DNA of 64,000 bases from Rhodothermales bacterium (GCA_965203305.1 OZ241874.1:1640904-1704903), one strand, 5' to 3'. Positions 37,380-49,400 are shown, numbered from the stretch's first letter. The notes: generated by a model from the letters alone, not told the origin. Program-made: numbers and translations.

Positions 37380-40133
37380 ATGATGCGCAGGCTTCTGGGA
37401 CTTGTATTCCTGGCTTCGCTCTGGTATGTACCCGCCGCGCTGGGGCAGGGGAAAGTGGCTGGTCACATAGAGGATGCCGGTACGGGGGAAGAGCTCATAG
37501 GTGTTGCTGTTCTCATTGAAGGAACGGGGCGTGGTACGACGACAGATCTGGAAGGAAATTACGTATTGCTGAATCTGCGACCCGGATCCTACACGCTTGT
37601 GTTTTCCTATCTGGGCTATCAGGGGCAGCGGATTACCGGCATCCAGGTCACCAGTGGACAGACCACACGGATTGATGTTGAACTCAGTCAGACCGTCATT
37701 GAAGGAGAAGAGTTGATCGTTCAGGCGGAGCGACCCTTGGTCCAGAAAGATCTGACGGCATCCAAAAAGACGATCATTGCCGAAGAGATTGAGGCATTGC
37801 CGGTGGAGAGCATCTTTGGCGTTCTTGCCACTACTGCTGGCGTGACAACAGGTGCGTCGGGAGAGTTGCATGTGCGTGGGGGCCGCAGTAACGAAATATC
37901 TTATCTGGTAGACGGACTAGCCGTCAGCAATCCGTTCAGCACCAATGGGATCAATACGCAGGTGGCCATTGACGCGATTGATGAACTTTCGGTGATTTCC
38001 GGGGCTTTCAATGCGGAGTACGGAAAGGCCATGTCCGCAGTGGTCAATCTTGTGACCAAGCAGGGAGGGGAGCAGTACGAAGGTTCTGTAACAGTCTATG
38101 GCGGGGATTATCTGACACAGAACAATGACCTGTTTCTGCTGCCGAAAGGTGTACATCTCAACTCAACCACCATAGAAGGTTCGCTCAGTGGCCCTGTTCC
38201 AGTCGGTTCACAACTGCGCTTTCTGGTTTCGGGGAGGTATGATAACAATGACGGCCATCTGTACGGCATCCGCCAGCATTTGCCGAGTGATTCTGCCAAT
38301 TTCAACAGCAGTCCCTGGTACTACGAAATCCACGGGAATCCGTGGTGGGATTATGCCGACAGCACTGTAACGCTTCCAGACGGGTCAGTGGTTGGTGGAC
38401 GGGGACTGGCACTTCCTGATCAGCGCGTAGCCATGAACCCGAATGAGCGGTTAAATGTACTCTCAAAGCTGTCGGTAAAACCAACTCGCAATACACAACT
38501 GGAGTATTCCTATCTGGTGGATCACAGCGAAAGGAAAGGGTTCAGTTTCGGGTACAGGTACAATCCAGATGGGGTTGCAAGCAATCAGCGGAGGAATCAG
38601 AATCACAGCCTGCATTTTACGCATACGCTGAATCCCCGCACATTTTACACGGTCAAGCTTTCCTGGGCCAAGGCTTCGTATCAAAACTTCCTGTACAAAG
38701 ACCCTTCCGATCCCCGCTATGTCAAGGACACTGGCGGGATTGGGGCAGGAAATGTAACCGGCTTTCCAGGCAATAATTACCTCTTTGGCGGAAATCAGAA
38801 ATCCCATATTTACGAAGATTCGCAGTCCTTGCGAGGCAAGGTGGACATGACTCGTCAGTTCGGGATCACGCATGAGGTGAAAGCGGGAATAGATGTCCAG
38901 CAGCACAGCCTGAGTCGTCAAAATTTCGTGGTGCTTTTTGATGGAAACAGGTACCTGAAACCAACGGTGGAGTCAGTAGACAATCCCTCCCATGACCGCT
39001 ATGATGATCAGAAGGTCCTTGAGCTGAGTGCCTATGTGCAGGACAAGCTTGAGTTTGACAACTTTATCATCAATGCGGGTCTGCGGTATGAGCGTTTTGA
39101 TCCGAATGGCACCTATATTCCCGATCTGTTTGATCCAAAGGGAGACCTGGCGCAGGCATCCACCAAGAACCTTCTTCTGCCCCGGCTGGGAGTCTCCTTC
39201 TCAATCACCGAGCGTGGAATCATTCACTTTTCGTACGGACATTTTGCACAGATGCCATCCTTGCGGAACCTGTATCTGAACCCGGAATTTGAATTCCCTA
39301 AAGGGAGTGCTCCAACCTTCGGAAATACAAATCTGAGACCAGAGCGGACCGTGCAATACGAATTCGGCGTGCAACAGCAGGTGGGGGAGCTGCTAGCGGT
39401 TCATGTAACGGGATACTTCAAGAACATACGGGATTATATGGCTCTGCAGCTGGTACGTCATTCCACGATTGCGGGAGAAGATCTGTATAACATCTATCTC
39501 AACAAGGCGTACGCCAATGTGACCGGACTGACGGTTTCATTTACCAAACGCAAGGCTCGGGACGGATTTCTGGCGGCTACACTGGATTATACATTCCAGA
39601 TCGCGGAAGGCAGTGATGATGATGCAAACCGGTTTTTCTTCAATCGGCTGTCTGGAAGGGAGAACGAGCTTGAGGTTGTTCCCCTTACTTTTGATCAGCG
39701 TCATGTGATTTCTTCTACGGTGACCCTTTCGCGTTCCAGAAAATTTGGACTTTCGTTCAACGGGCAGTTTGCAACAGGCTATCCATACTCCCCTTTCATT
39801 CTGGATCAGAATGTGGACTTGCCGACACGAAGCGGGCGAAAGCCGGCCAAACTGAATCTGGATGTGCACATGTTCCGGCAGTTTGATGTGATGAGTGTGC
39901 CGGTCAGGGCGTTTGTAAAAGTCTTCAACGTACTGGATCGTTTGAACGAAAACTTTGTGTTCAACGATACCGGACGTGCCACATACTCGCTGTCCGCTCA
40001 GCGAAACCTCCATGCGACATGGGAGCCGAACTATCACCTTCCCGGCATCCGTACACTCAAGGAATACGATACGCGGCCGCACTGGTACTCTTCCCCGCGT
40101 CTGGTACGTGTTGGTGTAACCCTTTCCTTTTAA
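37380..40133 (+). CDS. TonB-dependent receptor with N-terminal carboxypeptidase-regulatory-like domain
   Basis: CarboxypepD_reg-like segment (GKVAGHIEDAGTGEELIGVAVLIEGTGRGTTTDLEGNYVLLNLRPGSY), a plug, and a long beta-barrel ending in F. Confidence 0.8.
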   Translation: MMRRLLGLVFLASLWYVPAALGQGKVAGHIEDAGTGEELIGVAVLIEGTGRGTTTDLEGNYVLLNLRPGSYTLVFSYLGYQGQRITGIQVTSGQTTRIDVELSQTVIEGEELIVQAERPLVQKDLTASKKTIIAEEIEALPVESIFGVLATTAGVTTGASGELHVRGGRSNEISYLVDGLAVSNPFSTNGINTQVAIDAIDELSVISGAFNAEYGKAMSAVVNLVTKQGGEQYEGSVTVYGGDYLTQNNDLFLLPKGVHLNSTTIEGSLSGPVPVGSQLRFLVSGRYDNNDGHLYGIRQHLPSDSANFNSSPWYYEIHGNPWWDYADSTVTLPDGSVVGGRGLALPDQRVAMNPNERLNVLSKLSVKPTRNTQLEYSYLVDHSERKGFSFGYRYNPDGVASNQRRNQNHSLHFTHTLNPRTFYTVKLSWAKASYQNFLYKDPSDPRYVKDTGGIGAGNVTGFPGNNYLFGGNQKSHIYEDSQSLRGKVDMTRQFGITHEVKAGIDVQQHSLSRQNFVVLFDGNRYLKPTVESVDNPSHDRYDDQKVLELSAYVQDKLEFDNFIINAGLRYERFDPNGTYIPDLFDPKGDLAQASTKNLLLPRLGVSFSITERGIIHFSYGHFAQMPSLRNLYLNPEFEFPKGSAPTFGNTNLRPERTVQYEFGVQQQVGELLAVHVTGYFKNIRDYMALQLVRHSTIAGEDLYNIYLNKAYANVTGLTVSFTKRKARDGFLAATLDYTFQIAEGSDDDANRFFFNRLSGRENELEVVPLTFDQRHVISSTVTLSRSRKFGLSFNGQFATGYPYSPFILDQNVDLPTRSGRKPAKLNLDVHMFRQFDVMSVPVRAFVKVFNVLDRLNENFVFNDTGRATYSLSAQRNLHATWEPNYHLPGIRTLKEYDTRPHWYSSPRLVRVGVTLSF

Positions 40134-43100
40134 TGAACCTTGGATTCCGAAATTTTGTATTTCTGGGCCTGTTGCTGGTAGCGGGGCAGGCAAATGCCCA
40201 GCAGAGGGGGAGCGAGCGTCTGCGGGGCTGGGACCAGCATGAAGTCCATGCCTGGCTCACAAGTCTTGGCAAGCTGCCCGTTCGGAAGGGAGCAAACCTG
40301 GACTGCGAAGAGGGGCTTACGAATCGTCGGGATGCCATTCTGAACGGCAACCGGATCACGACACAGATTTTCAATTTCGGGTCCATTTCTGCACCGGGAA
40401 ACACCATCACGGACATTGTCTGGAATGGCCTCGGGTACGGATATGAATTCGGTCCCTTTGTTGCTGCCGAAATCATAGATACCTATCGGGAAGATGGCCG
40501 TGCCCGGGATCCACAGAGTGTTCCGTTACAGGACAACAATGGGAATCCGGTTCTGGATGAAAATGGCAACCAGGTGTATGTCATGCGAATTGTTTCCGAT
40601 GGACTGGTCTCCAACGGGGGAGAAGTTTCTCCAGATGGATCCAGCTACTGGGGCTGGCAACCCATCGCATGTGCAGAGCCGGTTGGGAGTTTCGGAGGGC
40701 TGCAGGTTGTAAATCCGCAGTCCATCAAAATTCCCACGAATGATGATGCGGATAACGATCTGGACGGGAAGCCGGATTCATGGCCAGAAGACTGGTACAA
40801 TGAATCACTGGAACGATACCTGTGGCCAGGTGCATTGCAGCAGGGGGCTTCCAATGCGGACAAGGAGACCTTGTATTTTATGAATGACTATAACAATGGT
40901 GAGTTCAGCTATTGGCCCTTTCCCAGTGACAGTACAAAGAGAGGACTGGGACTCGAGGTTGAGGTTCGGCTGTATCAGTGGGCAAATCCTCTTGCAGAGG
41001 ATGTGATTTTTCTGATTTACAAGATCACAAACAAGAGCGAAAAAGATCTGGAGAAGGTGATCTTTGGAATGTGGGGGGATCCGCATGTGGGAGGCCCGAA
41101 TGACTGGCCTGACGACTGGGCCTTCTATGATGAAGAACTCAATATGGTATTTGCATGGGATGATGATGGGCGCAGTGATATTGCGGGCCGAGTGCCTGGA
41201 TACTTCGGATACAAATTTCTGGAGAGTCCAGGAGTTGATGATGATGGTATTGACAATGATGACGACGGGATGGTGGATGAATCATGGACAGACGGGATTG
41301 ACAATGACGGAGACTGGAACCCCGATACCGATGATGTCGGAGTGGACGGCATCCCGGGAACTGGAGATACTGGGGAGGGAGATGGCGTACCCACTGCAGG
41401 AGATCAGTTTGATATTACCAAGCCGGGAGAACCCAACTTTGAGTTCACAGACATTGACGAGAGTGACCAGTTCGGATTAACATCGTTTGCGTCGCCTCCT
41501 TTTGCGGGCAATCGTGTCAGCAATGACGAGCGTGTATGGAGTTTCGTACAGCCGGGACGTTTTGATGTTGTCCCAACTTCTCCAGGAGACTATGTGTTTC
41601 TGTACGGATCAGGCTCTTTCCGGCTTCGCGCCGGAGCAACCAAGAGATTCTCTATTGCTCTGATTGTGGGCCAGAACCGGCAGGATTTGCGGCTGAATGC
41701 AAATATCGCCCAGCAGATCTACGATGTCGGGTATGTGTTTGCCAAGCCTCCCCAAAAGCCGACAGTAAGAGCTGCACCTGGGGACAAGCGAGTCACGCTT
41801 TACTGGGATGATATGGCGGAGAGTTCTGTTGATCCGCTCACGAGGGAGAATGACTTTGAGGGATATGTGATCTACCGTTCCACAGATCACGAATTCTCGG
41901 ATCAGCAGACGATTACGGACATTAACGGGAGCAACTTTCTGTTTACGCCGCTCAAAACTTCCCTAGGTGTAGAGGCCCGATTCGATCTGGCGAATGGATT
42001 ACGTGGTGCCAGTCCTATTCCGTTTCCTGGCCGGGGCGTAAGCTATGATCTGGGTGATGATACAGGTCTCTTTCATACATTCGTAGACTCCAATAATGTA
42101 GTCAACGGCCAGACATATTATTACACAGTTGCTGCCTATGATCACGGGTATGGCGGGGATGGGGGAGAGGCAAATGGCATTCCTCCGAGTGAAACAAGCA
42201 AAACCATCACCTATGATCCGACGACAGATCAGTACATCTTTGATGTCAATACCGTGTCTGTTGTTCCGGGGCCCAGAGTGGCCGGCTATGTTTCTGCGTC
42301 CGCACTTGATCCGTCCGGTCTGACACATAATACTGGACATGCTACGGGAAGTATTGTGATCAATATAGTTGATGAACTGGCAGTACTTGATAATCAGTCT
42401 TATCGGATTGAGTTTGCCGAGACGATGGACGGAATGGCATACTCGGTGATCAATGAAGGGCCTGTTTCTGTGAGCGTCCGTGCCGCACCTGGAAAGAGTC
42501 AAACTACGGCCTACCGGAATATTATAGAGAACTCAGTAGAGGTGAGAACATCCGATGGTCGACTCCTGGAGCGAGATACAGATTATCGCGTGAATGGGCC
42601 AATGGGGACCATTCATGTGTTCGGGAACGCGGGTGTTTCTGGTGGAGAAGAATTGCAGGCAACATTTCAGTATGCTCCCCTTTTTGAAAGCAGGCTTTTT
42701 CGGGGGGAGGAGGCAAATATTGTATTTGAAGGACTCCATGTTTTTGTACAGGATGATTCCCTGCAGTTTGATGTGGAGGCATCTGGATGGACAGGCAATA
42801 CGACGGATATCCCCTATCAACTTCGGCGTGCCAGTACCGGCACAGGGCGAGCAGTCCAGCCATTTGATTACGAAATCCGGTTTTCCGATGCCCCTGTCGG
42901 GACCGGGTTCAGTAACAACATCCCCATCCCCTTTGAAGTGATCAATGTAACCCAGGCGAATCGTCCGATTCAGGTGTTCGTCCCGGATGCCAATCGAGAT
43001 GGAGCGTGGAATGTGAATGAGCGGATCATATTTCTGGAGCAGGTGGATGGGGCGCAGATTACAACCTGGGAGGTCCGCCTGGAGGATACGAGTACGATGC

Positions 43101-43528
43101 CGGGGAGTGGAGATGTTCTTTTTCTGGCTACCCGCAAGCCATTCGCCAAAAATGATCAGTTCTCTTTCCGTACGGTGGCGGCAGCAACAGATGACACTTT
43201 GGCTACCCGGGAATTGCAGGATATTTATGTAGTTCCGAATCCGTATGTAGCCACCTCGGTCTTTGAGCCGCGCAACCCCGTTGCACGATCCGAGCGCGGA
43301 GAGCGCAGACTGTATTTTGCCAATGTGCCAAGGCAGTGCACGATTCGTATTTATACGCTGGCCGGCGAGCTGGTGGAAACTCTTGACCACAACAGTTCAC
43401 TGGACAATGGCAAAGTATTCTGGGATATGCGGACCAAAGACAATATGAACCTGGCTTACGGTCTTTACATCTTCCATGTGGACAGCCCGGAAGGATCCTA
43501 TATCGGGAAATTTGCAGTCATCAAGTAA
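40133..43528 (+). CDS. Large secreted protein (1131 aa) with Asp-rich Ca-binding (TSP3-like) repeats and a T9SS-type C-terminal domain
   Basis: The start ATG overlaps the previous stop (TAATG). Signal peptide MNLGFRNFVFLGLLLVAGQANAQ. Asp-rich stretch DDDGIDNDDDGMVDESWTDGIDNDGDWNPDTDD. C-terminus VVPNPYVA...GLYIFHV...FAVIK. Confidence 0.7.
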   Translation: MNLGFRNFVFLGLLLVAGQANAQQRGSERLRGWDQHEVHAWLTSLGKLPVRKGANLDCEEGLTNRRDAILNGNRITTQIFNFGSISAPGNTITDIVWNGLGYGYEFGPFVAAEIIDTYREDGRARDPQSVPLQDNNGNPVLDENGNQVYVMRIVSDGLVSNGGEVSPDGSSYWGWQPIACAEPVGSFGGLQVVNPQSIKIPTNDDADNDLDGKPDSWPEDWYNESLERYLWPGALQQGASNADKETLYFMNDYNNGEFSYWPFPSDSTKRGLGLEVEVRLYQWANPLAEDVIFLIYKITNKSEKDLEKVIFGMWGDPHVGGPNDWPDDWAFYDEELNMVFAWDDDGRSDIAGRVPGYFGYKFLESPGVDDDGIDNDDDGMVDESWTDGIDNDGDWNPDTDDVGVDGIPGTGDTGEGDGVPTAGDQFDITKPGEPNFEFTDIDESDQFGLTSFASPPFAGNRVSNDERVWSFVQPGRFDVVPTSPGDYVFLYGSGSFRLRAGATKRFSIALIVGQNRQDLRLNANIAQQIYDVGYVFAKPPQKPTVRAAPGDKRVTLYWDDMAESSVDPLTRENDFEGYVIYRSTDHEFSDQQTITDINGSNFLFTPLKTSLGVEARFDLANGLRGASPIPFPGRGVSYDLGDDTGLFHTFVDSNNVVNGQTYYYTVAAYDHGYGGDGGEANGIPPSETSKTITYDPTTDQYIFDVNTVSVVPGPRVAGYVSASALDPSGLTHNTGHATGSIVINIVDELAVLDNQSYRIEFAETMDGMAYSVINEGPVSVSVRAAPGKSQTTAYRNIIENSVEVRTSDGRLLERDTDYRVNGPMGTIHVFGNAGVSGGEELQATFQYAPLFESRLFRGEEANIVFEGLHVFVQDDSLQFDVEASGWTGNTTDIPYQLRRASTGTGRAVQPFDYEIRFSDAPVGTGFSNNIPIPFEVINVTQANRPIQVFVPDANRDGAWNVNERIIFLEQVDGAQITTWEVRLEDTSTMPGSGDVLFLATRKPFAKNDQFSFRTVAAATDDTLATRELQDIYVVPNPYVATSVFEPRNPVARSERGERRLYFANVPRQCTIRIYTLAGELVETLDHNSSLDNGKVFWDMRTKDNMNLAYGLYIFHVDSPEGSYIGKFAVIK

Positions 43529-43533
43529 ATCCC

Positions 43534-44583
43534 ATGAGCAGATACACCGGTATGGTTCTTGTATTCCTGGGAATATCTGCCGCTGTTCAGGTGATGGCTC
43601 AGGATAATCCAGAGCCACCGGATACCGGGACCATTACACGCGTCGGAACTACTGCAGCACAGTTTTTGAAACTGGGGGTAGGTGCCCGTGCGATTTCCCT
43701 GGGAGGTGCCTATGTCGCAGAAGCGAACGACATGAGTGCTGTGTACTGGAATCCGGCAGGGTTTGCACGACTTTCTGGCAGTCATCTGCAACTGAGCAAT
43801 ACACGATACCTTGCGGATATCCAGTACAATTTTGCAGCGTTCGGGACTTCAATTGACCGGGTTGGCTCCATGGGGCTTTCGCTTCTTATGGTGGACAGTG
43901 GAGACATGCCCGTTCGTACGGAAATGCAGCCTGAGGGAACAGGGGAACAGTTCAATACACTCAGCTTTGCTCTGCAACTCACCTACGCACGGAATCTCAG
44001 TGACCAGTTTTCTGTCGGAGGAAACGTAAAACTGGTTCAGGAACGTATCTGGCATAGCAAAGCCTCGTCCATTGCCTTTGATATAGGTACCCTTTTTATT
44101 ACACCCTATAAAAACTTGCGCCTCGGAGCCAGCATGTCCAACCTGGGCCCGAAAATGCGCATGGACGGGCGAGACATACTCTTCAGCGAAGATCCGAGTC
44201 CAAACACGGACGGGACCGCCGAAATCGTGAATGCGCAGTATCGCATGGACGGGTTTTCCATGCCGCTGATCTTCAGAATAGGACTTGCCTGGAATGCACT
44301 GGACACGGGGACGCACCGCGTGGTGGTGATGACCGATGCCGCACATCCCAATGACAATGCGGAGTATGTCAATGCGGGGGCAGAATACGCATTCAGGGAC
44401 CTTATTGCTTTTAGAGCCGGATACCGAAATTTGTTTGAACCGGATACGGAGCAGGGGCTGACTGCCGGGGGCAGCCTGATGGTCCGAATTAACCGGGATC
44501 TTGCCACAAGATTTGATTATGCATACGCTGACTTTGGCAGGCTGACACAGACACACTGGTTCACCTTTAATCTTTCTTTTTAG
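43534..44583 (+). CDS. PorV-like (UPF0164 family) outer-membrane beta-barrel protein
   Basis: N-terminal GTTAAQFLKLGVGARAISLGGAYVAEANDMSAVYWNPAGFARL is typical of PorV/LptO-type porins. Alternating beta-strand pattern, ends in F. Confidence 0.6.
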   Translation: MSRYTGMVLVFLGISAAVQVMAQDNPEPPDTGTITRVGTTAAQFLKLGVGARAISLGGAYVAEANDMSAVYWNPAGFARLSGSHLQLSNTRYLADIQYNFAAFGTSIDRVGSMGLSLLMVDSGDMPVRTEMQPEGTGEQFNTLSFALQLTYARNLSDQFSVGGNVKLVQERIWHSKASSIAFDIGTLFITPYKNLRLGASMSNLGPKMRMDGRDILFSEDPSPNTDGTAEIVNAQYRMDGFSMPLIFRIGLAWNALDTGTHRVVVMTDAAHPNDNAEYVNAGAEYAFRDLIAFRAGYRNLFEPDTEQGLTAGGSLMVRINRDLATRFDYAYADFGRLTQTHWFTFNLSF

Positions 44584-44588
44584 CCAAA

Positions 44589-46214
44589 ATGAAGATATGG
44601 CTGTCCAGTATTCCCGTGTTGCTTGTATGTGCAACGGTGACTCAGGCACAGCTTTTGCATGATGTAATTCATGCTGAAGTTGCGTTGAATTCACCTCAGG
44701 TTACTCTTTCTGGAAAGACAGCCTCAATACAACTTGTCAGCCAAGGACTCATCACCGAATTCACCGGCATTGCCTTGCAGGGATTCACAGCCAGTGATTC
44801 CTTGTCCGGGTTTGTCCGATTCTTTGAGGATGCCGACTGGGGAGAGTGGCACTCCCTCTATATTGTCCGAAGTGCCACGGATCATGCCTTTCTTGCCGCA
44901 TATCGGGGGGATCGTGTTCGCAGGGCATCCAGATTTGAGCTTCGTTTTCAGGCAAGTTCTTCGCATGCGCTGGAAATCCTGAGCGCAGGCACCTTTGATC
45001 AACGTCTGGATGATGAGGGAGGAGAGGAACAGTCTTCCAAAAGAATAGATCGGTCTGGTCAATTTGTAGTCCGGCCACCGCATATCCGCCGCCGAGCGGA
45101 ATGGGGGGCACAGCCATTTCGGGGGACTCCGGTGCCTCTGAATCGCCCCAGTTACGATTATATGACGCTGCATCATACAGCGGGATTTTCGGCAACAACG
45201 TTACAAGATGGACTGGAGCAGGTTCGGCGGATCCAGGATTTTCACCAGAATGGCCGTGGATGGAGTGACATCGGCTATCAGTTTCTGATGGACCAGGAGG
45301 GGCGGTTATATCAGGGGAGACCATTCTTGAATGAAGCAGATCCCTTTGATCAGGGGCCCCGTCTGGCACAGGGTGCACATGTAGGGGGTGCAAATACAGG
45401 AAATATTGGTGTGTCTCTGATGGGATGCTATCATCCCCCTGAGGGAACGGGTTGCCGGGATAAAATGACCTCGGCCGCGATTGACTCGCTGATTGGAACC
45501 TTCGGATTCCTGTCGGAGCGTTATGAAGTATCTCCAGATGATATGCGGGGACATCGTGATTTCAGCACCACTGCATGTCCAGGGGACAATAATTATTCCA
45601 TGCTTTCCGATTTTATGCTGAAAGTAGAAGATCTGCTTGTGCGGGGAAGCGATGTATTAGGGGAGGGGGTGCTCATTGCTCGCCTGAATCAGTCAGGTAC
45701 TGTGGGGGTCAGATGGACTTTCAGTGCAGACTATGGAATTGATGAATTTATTGTTCAGCGGCGCGAGGAGGGTGATAACATAGTGGAGATTTTCAGGGGG
45801 AAGGGTGCCGTGGATGGAAGGACTACGGATACCCCCGGCGTGGGTGAGCATGTTTACGAATTGATTGTGCAGGGTAAACGGGGAACGCAGCAGCAGTTGG
45901 CGATTGCCGAAATTTCCATAGAGCCGGGCATGACGGATATTCTGGCACAATCCTTTCCCAATCCCACCTCATCCGAAACCACAATCCGGTATTTTCTTGA
46001 AAGTGAATCGGGGATTGTATCGGTACGTCTCTTTGATCTCACTGGAAGAATGGTTCTCGTAGGTGAAGATCAGTACAGGGAGTCTGGAGAATGGTATGTG
46101 ACTACTCTGGATACCTCTGTATTGTCGGGAGGCATCTATCTGTACAGAATTTTGGTAGACGGATTTTCTTCTACGATCTTCAAGAAGACGAGGCCACTTG
46201 TCGTCCTTCGCTAA
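44589..46214 (+). CDS. N-acetylmuramoyl-L-alanine amidase (Amidase_2/PGRP domain) with T9SS sorting domain
   Basis: Amidase motifs MTLHHTAG, GWSDIGYQFLMDQEGRLYQGR and HRDFSTTACPG. C-terminus FPNPTSSETTIRY...GGIYLYRI. Confidence 0.8.
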   Translation: MKIWLSSIPVLLVCATVTQAQLLHDVIHAEVALNSPQVTLSGKTASIQLVSQGLITEFTGIALQGFTASDSLSGFVRFFEDADWGEWHSLYIVRSATDHAFLAAYRGDRVRRASRFELRFQASSSHALEILSAGTFDQRLDDEGGEEQSSKRIDRSGQFVVRPPHIRRRAEWGAQPFRGTPVPLNRPSYDYMTLHHTAGFSATTLQDGLEQVRRIQDFHQNGRGWSDIGYQFLMDQEGRLYQGRPFLNEADPFDQGPRLAQGAHVGGANTGNIGVSLMGCYHPPEGTGCRDKMTSAAIDSLIGTFGFLSERYEVSPDDMRGHRDFSTTACPGDNNYSMLSDFMLKVEDLLVRGSDVLGEGVLIARLNQSGTVGVRWTFSADYGIDEFIVQRREEGDNIVEIFRGKGAVDGRTTDTPGVGEHVYELIVQGKRGTQQQLAIAEISIEPGMTDILAQSFPNPTSSETTIRYFLESESGIVSVRLFDLTGRMVLVGEDQYRESGEWYVTTLDTSVLSGGIYLYRILVDGFSSTIFKKTRPLVVLR

Positions 46215-46464
46215 CAGTGCATTGTATATAATATGATAGTTCATCAGAAAAAACACATCTTGGCGGATATGTGCTTTAGAACAAAATGGGCCTCTTGCTA
46301 AAACTCAAGCACTAACACCGTTCGGAATATCCCAAGCTGACACTGTTCTCATTGAGACTACTATTAAACCTAATGTTACTCCTTGACTATGTTTGCTAAA
46401 TACTCGGTGTTGTCCTCCAATTTGAAGATGAGAGAGCAGAAATTGATTCAGACAAGTTAGAGAT

Positions 46465-49400
46465 ATGAGCACTAAAAGAGTTGTTCATCACGGAAATTCC
46501 ACGGAACTCAAAGAAGAATCCATGAAGTATGCAAAGAAGTTGCGGGAGTTGCGTCAAGGAATCACGGAAAGTAGGGTTCGTCAAAATATATGTCGGATAC
46601 TGGATGATTATGATTTCGAGAACTACACTGAGCATCCTGTCAGGGGTGGTAGAGTTGACATATACATGCCCCGACATCGCGTGGTCATTGAAACCAAGGC
46701 ACCAGGGTCTGTCTCACGGGAAGATAAAGCACAAGTATCTAGGTATGTGGATCGCTTGGCTAAGGAGGAGTGGGGAATCTTCTCAAATGATGAGAAACTC
46801 CCCGATTTCACCGGTATCCTCACAGATGGACAGGTTTGGTATGCGTGGAAGTACCATACTGATACAGGGAAGGAAATAGGACAAGTTTTGGATGGCATTC
46901 GTCCACAGAATGCTCGTAGTCTCCTGAGGAAATTTCTATTCCTGTGGGATCATCAGCCATTTGGAAAGCCGGGAATACCCGACAATCCACGCGAGGAATT
47001 CCAGTCACATCTGGACAGTCTCAGGGATGTATATGAAGGACTTTCCGGTCCGAGGCGGGCCCACACGGACACCAAATTATCCCTGTGGCTGGATATGCTA
47101 CGAACATCCAGTATGGCCCCCACCCGCAGATCGGCACAAGAACGCCTTTTTGTGTCACATACCTTTTTGGTTTCTTTGGCGAAGGGCGTAATCCATACAG
47201 TAGTTGCCCCAAACCGAGATCCCAGTGCCAAAGATTTGCTAGGGGAGGGGTTTATTGCTTGGGTTTTGGATTCGAACAAAGGAAGAGAATGGGCGAGGGA
47301 TTTTCTAAGAGAGATAAATGGGTGGGACTGGACACGCAGGCAGGGAGATGTTCTACGTCCGCTATATGAGGCATTTGTTGACGAAAAGGACCGGAAATCA
47401 TTTGGTGAATTCTACACACCGGACTGGTTGGCTCAGCTGATGGTAGAAGAGGTTCTGGATGACGACTGGTGCAAAAAAGCAGTTAAATCCGCGTTAAGTG
47501 CACAGTATGATCCTGATGCACTTAATGGAGTGGGAGTATTAGACCCTGCCTGCGGATCAGGAACATTCTTGTATTTTGCTGCAAAGCGGCTCATGGAGTC
47601 AGAGGTGATGACGGAGCTGGGTCTTTCTCATGTTGAAAAATCAAGTGCAGTCGCCAAGTTGGTCAATGGCATCGATGTACATCCTGTGGCTGCCGAGATG
47701 GCGCGTGCTACGCTTATGCGTGCACTAAGGTGGGCACCGGGGGAAGGTATGAGCTTTCTAAGGATTTATGAAGGAGATTCCCTGCAAGTACGCAAACGGG
47801 GTACTGAACTTTTTACCCCCGACGAAAACCGGATACTGTTTGAATCTCCGAAAGGGCGAAGTATACTCTTACCACGCTCCTTTATATACAGAACGGATTT
47901 TGCAAATTTAATTCGTCGCCTCGTTGAAACAGCTGTCGCAGAGGGTGACTGTCCTGAAGATATTGTAGCTTCAACCGATTCTGAAGAACAGGAGACAATT
48001 CGAGAGGCGCATAAAAATCTTGTCAAAATCATTCAAAATGAGGGAGATTCAGTATGGACATGGTACATAGTAAATATGGCTGGACCATACCAGTTATTCC
48101 AGCGAAAGGTAGACCGCATTGTAGCCAACCCACCTTGGGTATCTATGGCAGGTATACAGGATACAGCAAGAAAACGCGCCCTTGAGGCCTTCGCGCAGAA
48201 TGAGTCGGGAATTTGGTCTGGAGGCAGAAATGCTCCTCACTTTGATATTGCACAACTGTTCATGAAGCGATGCAGGGAGTTATATCTGGTGAATCCTGGA
48301 CACAATCCCTCCGCTTGGCTGGTCAAACTCGCTGCGCTTACGTCAGGCGGATGGGAGACATTTAGGGAAAATTATCACAGAAAAATACTCTGGCAATCCC
48401 TAGATCTTACGGAAGCGCAACCTTTTGGTGGAGGGGATGCTCGGAGATGTTGCGTGATGTTTGAATACAGGAAAGTCTCGTTGCTACCTGCAATTAGCCA
48501 GATACCCAAGGCCATCGTCAGGCTGACTGAGCCAAGGATTCGCCCCAAGTCTCATATGAATAAAGAGGAGGCTCTAAGGCTTCTCTTTTTCGAGGCAGCA
48601 CCACAGCCTTTTCCCGATTCACCATCGGATTATCATGGGTTCAGAATGGGTGCAACAATTACTCCGAAAGTGCTCACGCTCGTGGATAAAACTATTGAGA
48701 TAACGGAACGAGAGTGTACTATAATCACTGCTGAATCCATGCATCTCCCATGGAGAGAAGTTCAACCACAACAGGGCACTTTTCCGAGGAAATGGATCAA
48801 GCGTACGCTCAGATCTCAAAAGCTGTTTCCATTTACTATTGACAGTGCATTAGATTCGACGATAATTCCCATGGACCCAGATGGGCTTCATCTATCTTCC
48901 GCTCCAGGGAGGGTATCTCCCTCATGGTGCAAGTTTGACGAAATGTATGGGGAATACCGAGGGCAGGGAAACTCCACTCCCCAAACGCTTATCAGTCAGG
49001 TTGATAATCGCAAGCATATCACAGTTCAGTTAAAGGCTTACAGGGAGGAATGCAGGGGAGAACCCACAAAAGTCGTTTATCCAACATGCGGAGATATCAT
49101 GCGTGCTGCACGGATGATCCCAAGTAAGGCCATAGTTGATTCGAGTATATACTGGTTTATCGCAAGAAACGAGGATGAAGCCGCATATCTGGTCGGAGTA
49201 CTAAACTCCTCTGCCCTGACAAAAGCATTTGCAGATTCAAGAACCAGTGGGAGAACATTCCACAAAAATCCTTGGCGAAAAATTCCCATTCCCCAATTCC
49301 AGAGTAATAACAATATACACGGGAGTATTGCCGAGGTAACTCGTAGGGCAGAAAGTCTGGCAACAACCATAATTAATAGTTCAAACGAAAAAAATGGGGG

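Noticed and set aside
42533-44694. Minus-strand ORFs 42533..43390 and 43849..44694
   Set aside because: They lie antisense to the 1131-aa secreted protein and the PorV-like gene. No motifs are present, and the plus-strand genes are tightly coupled and motif-bearing.
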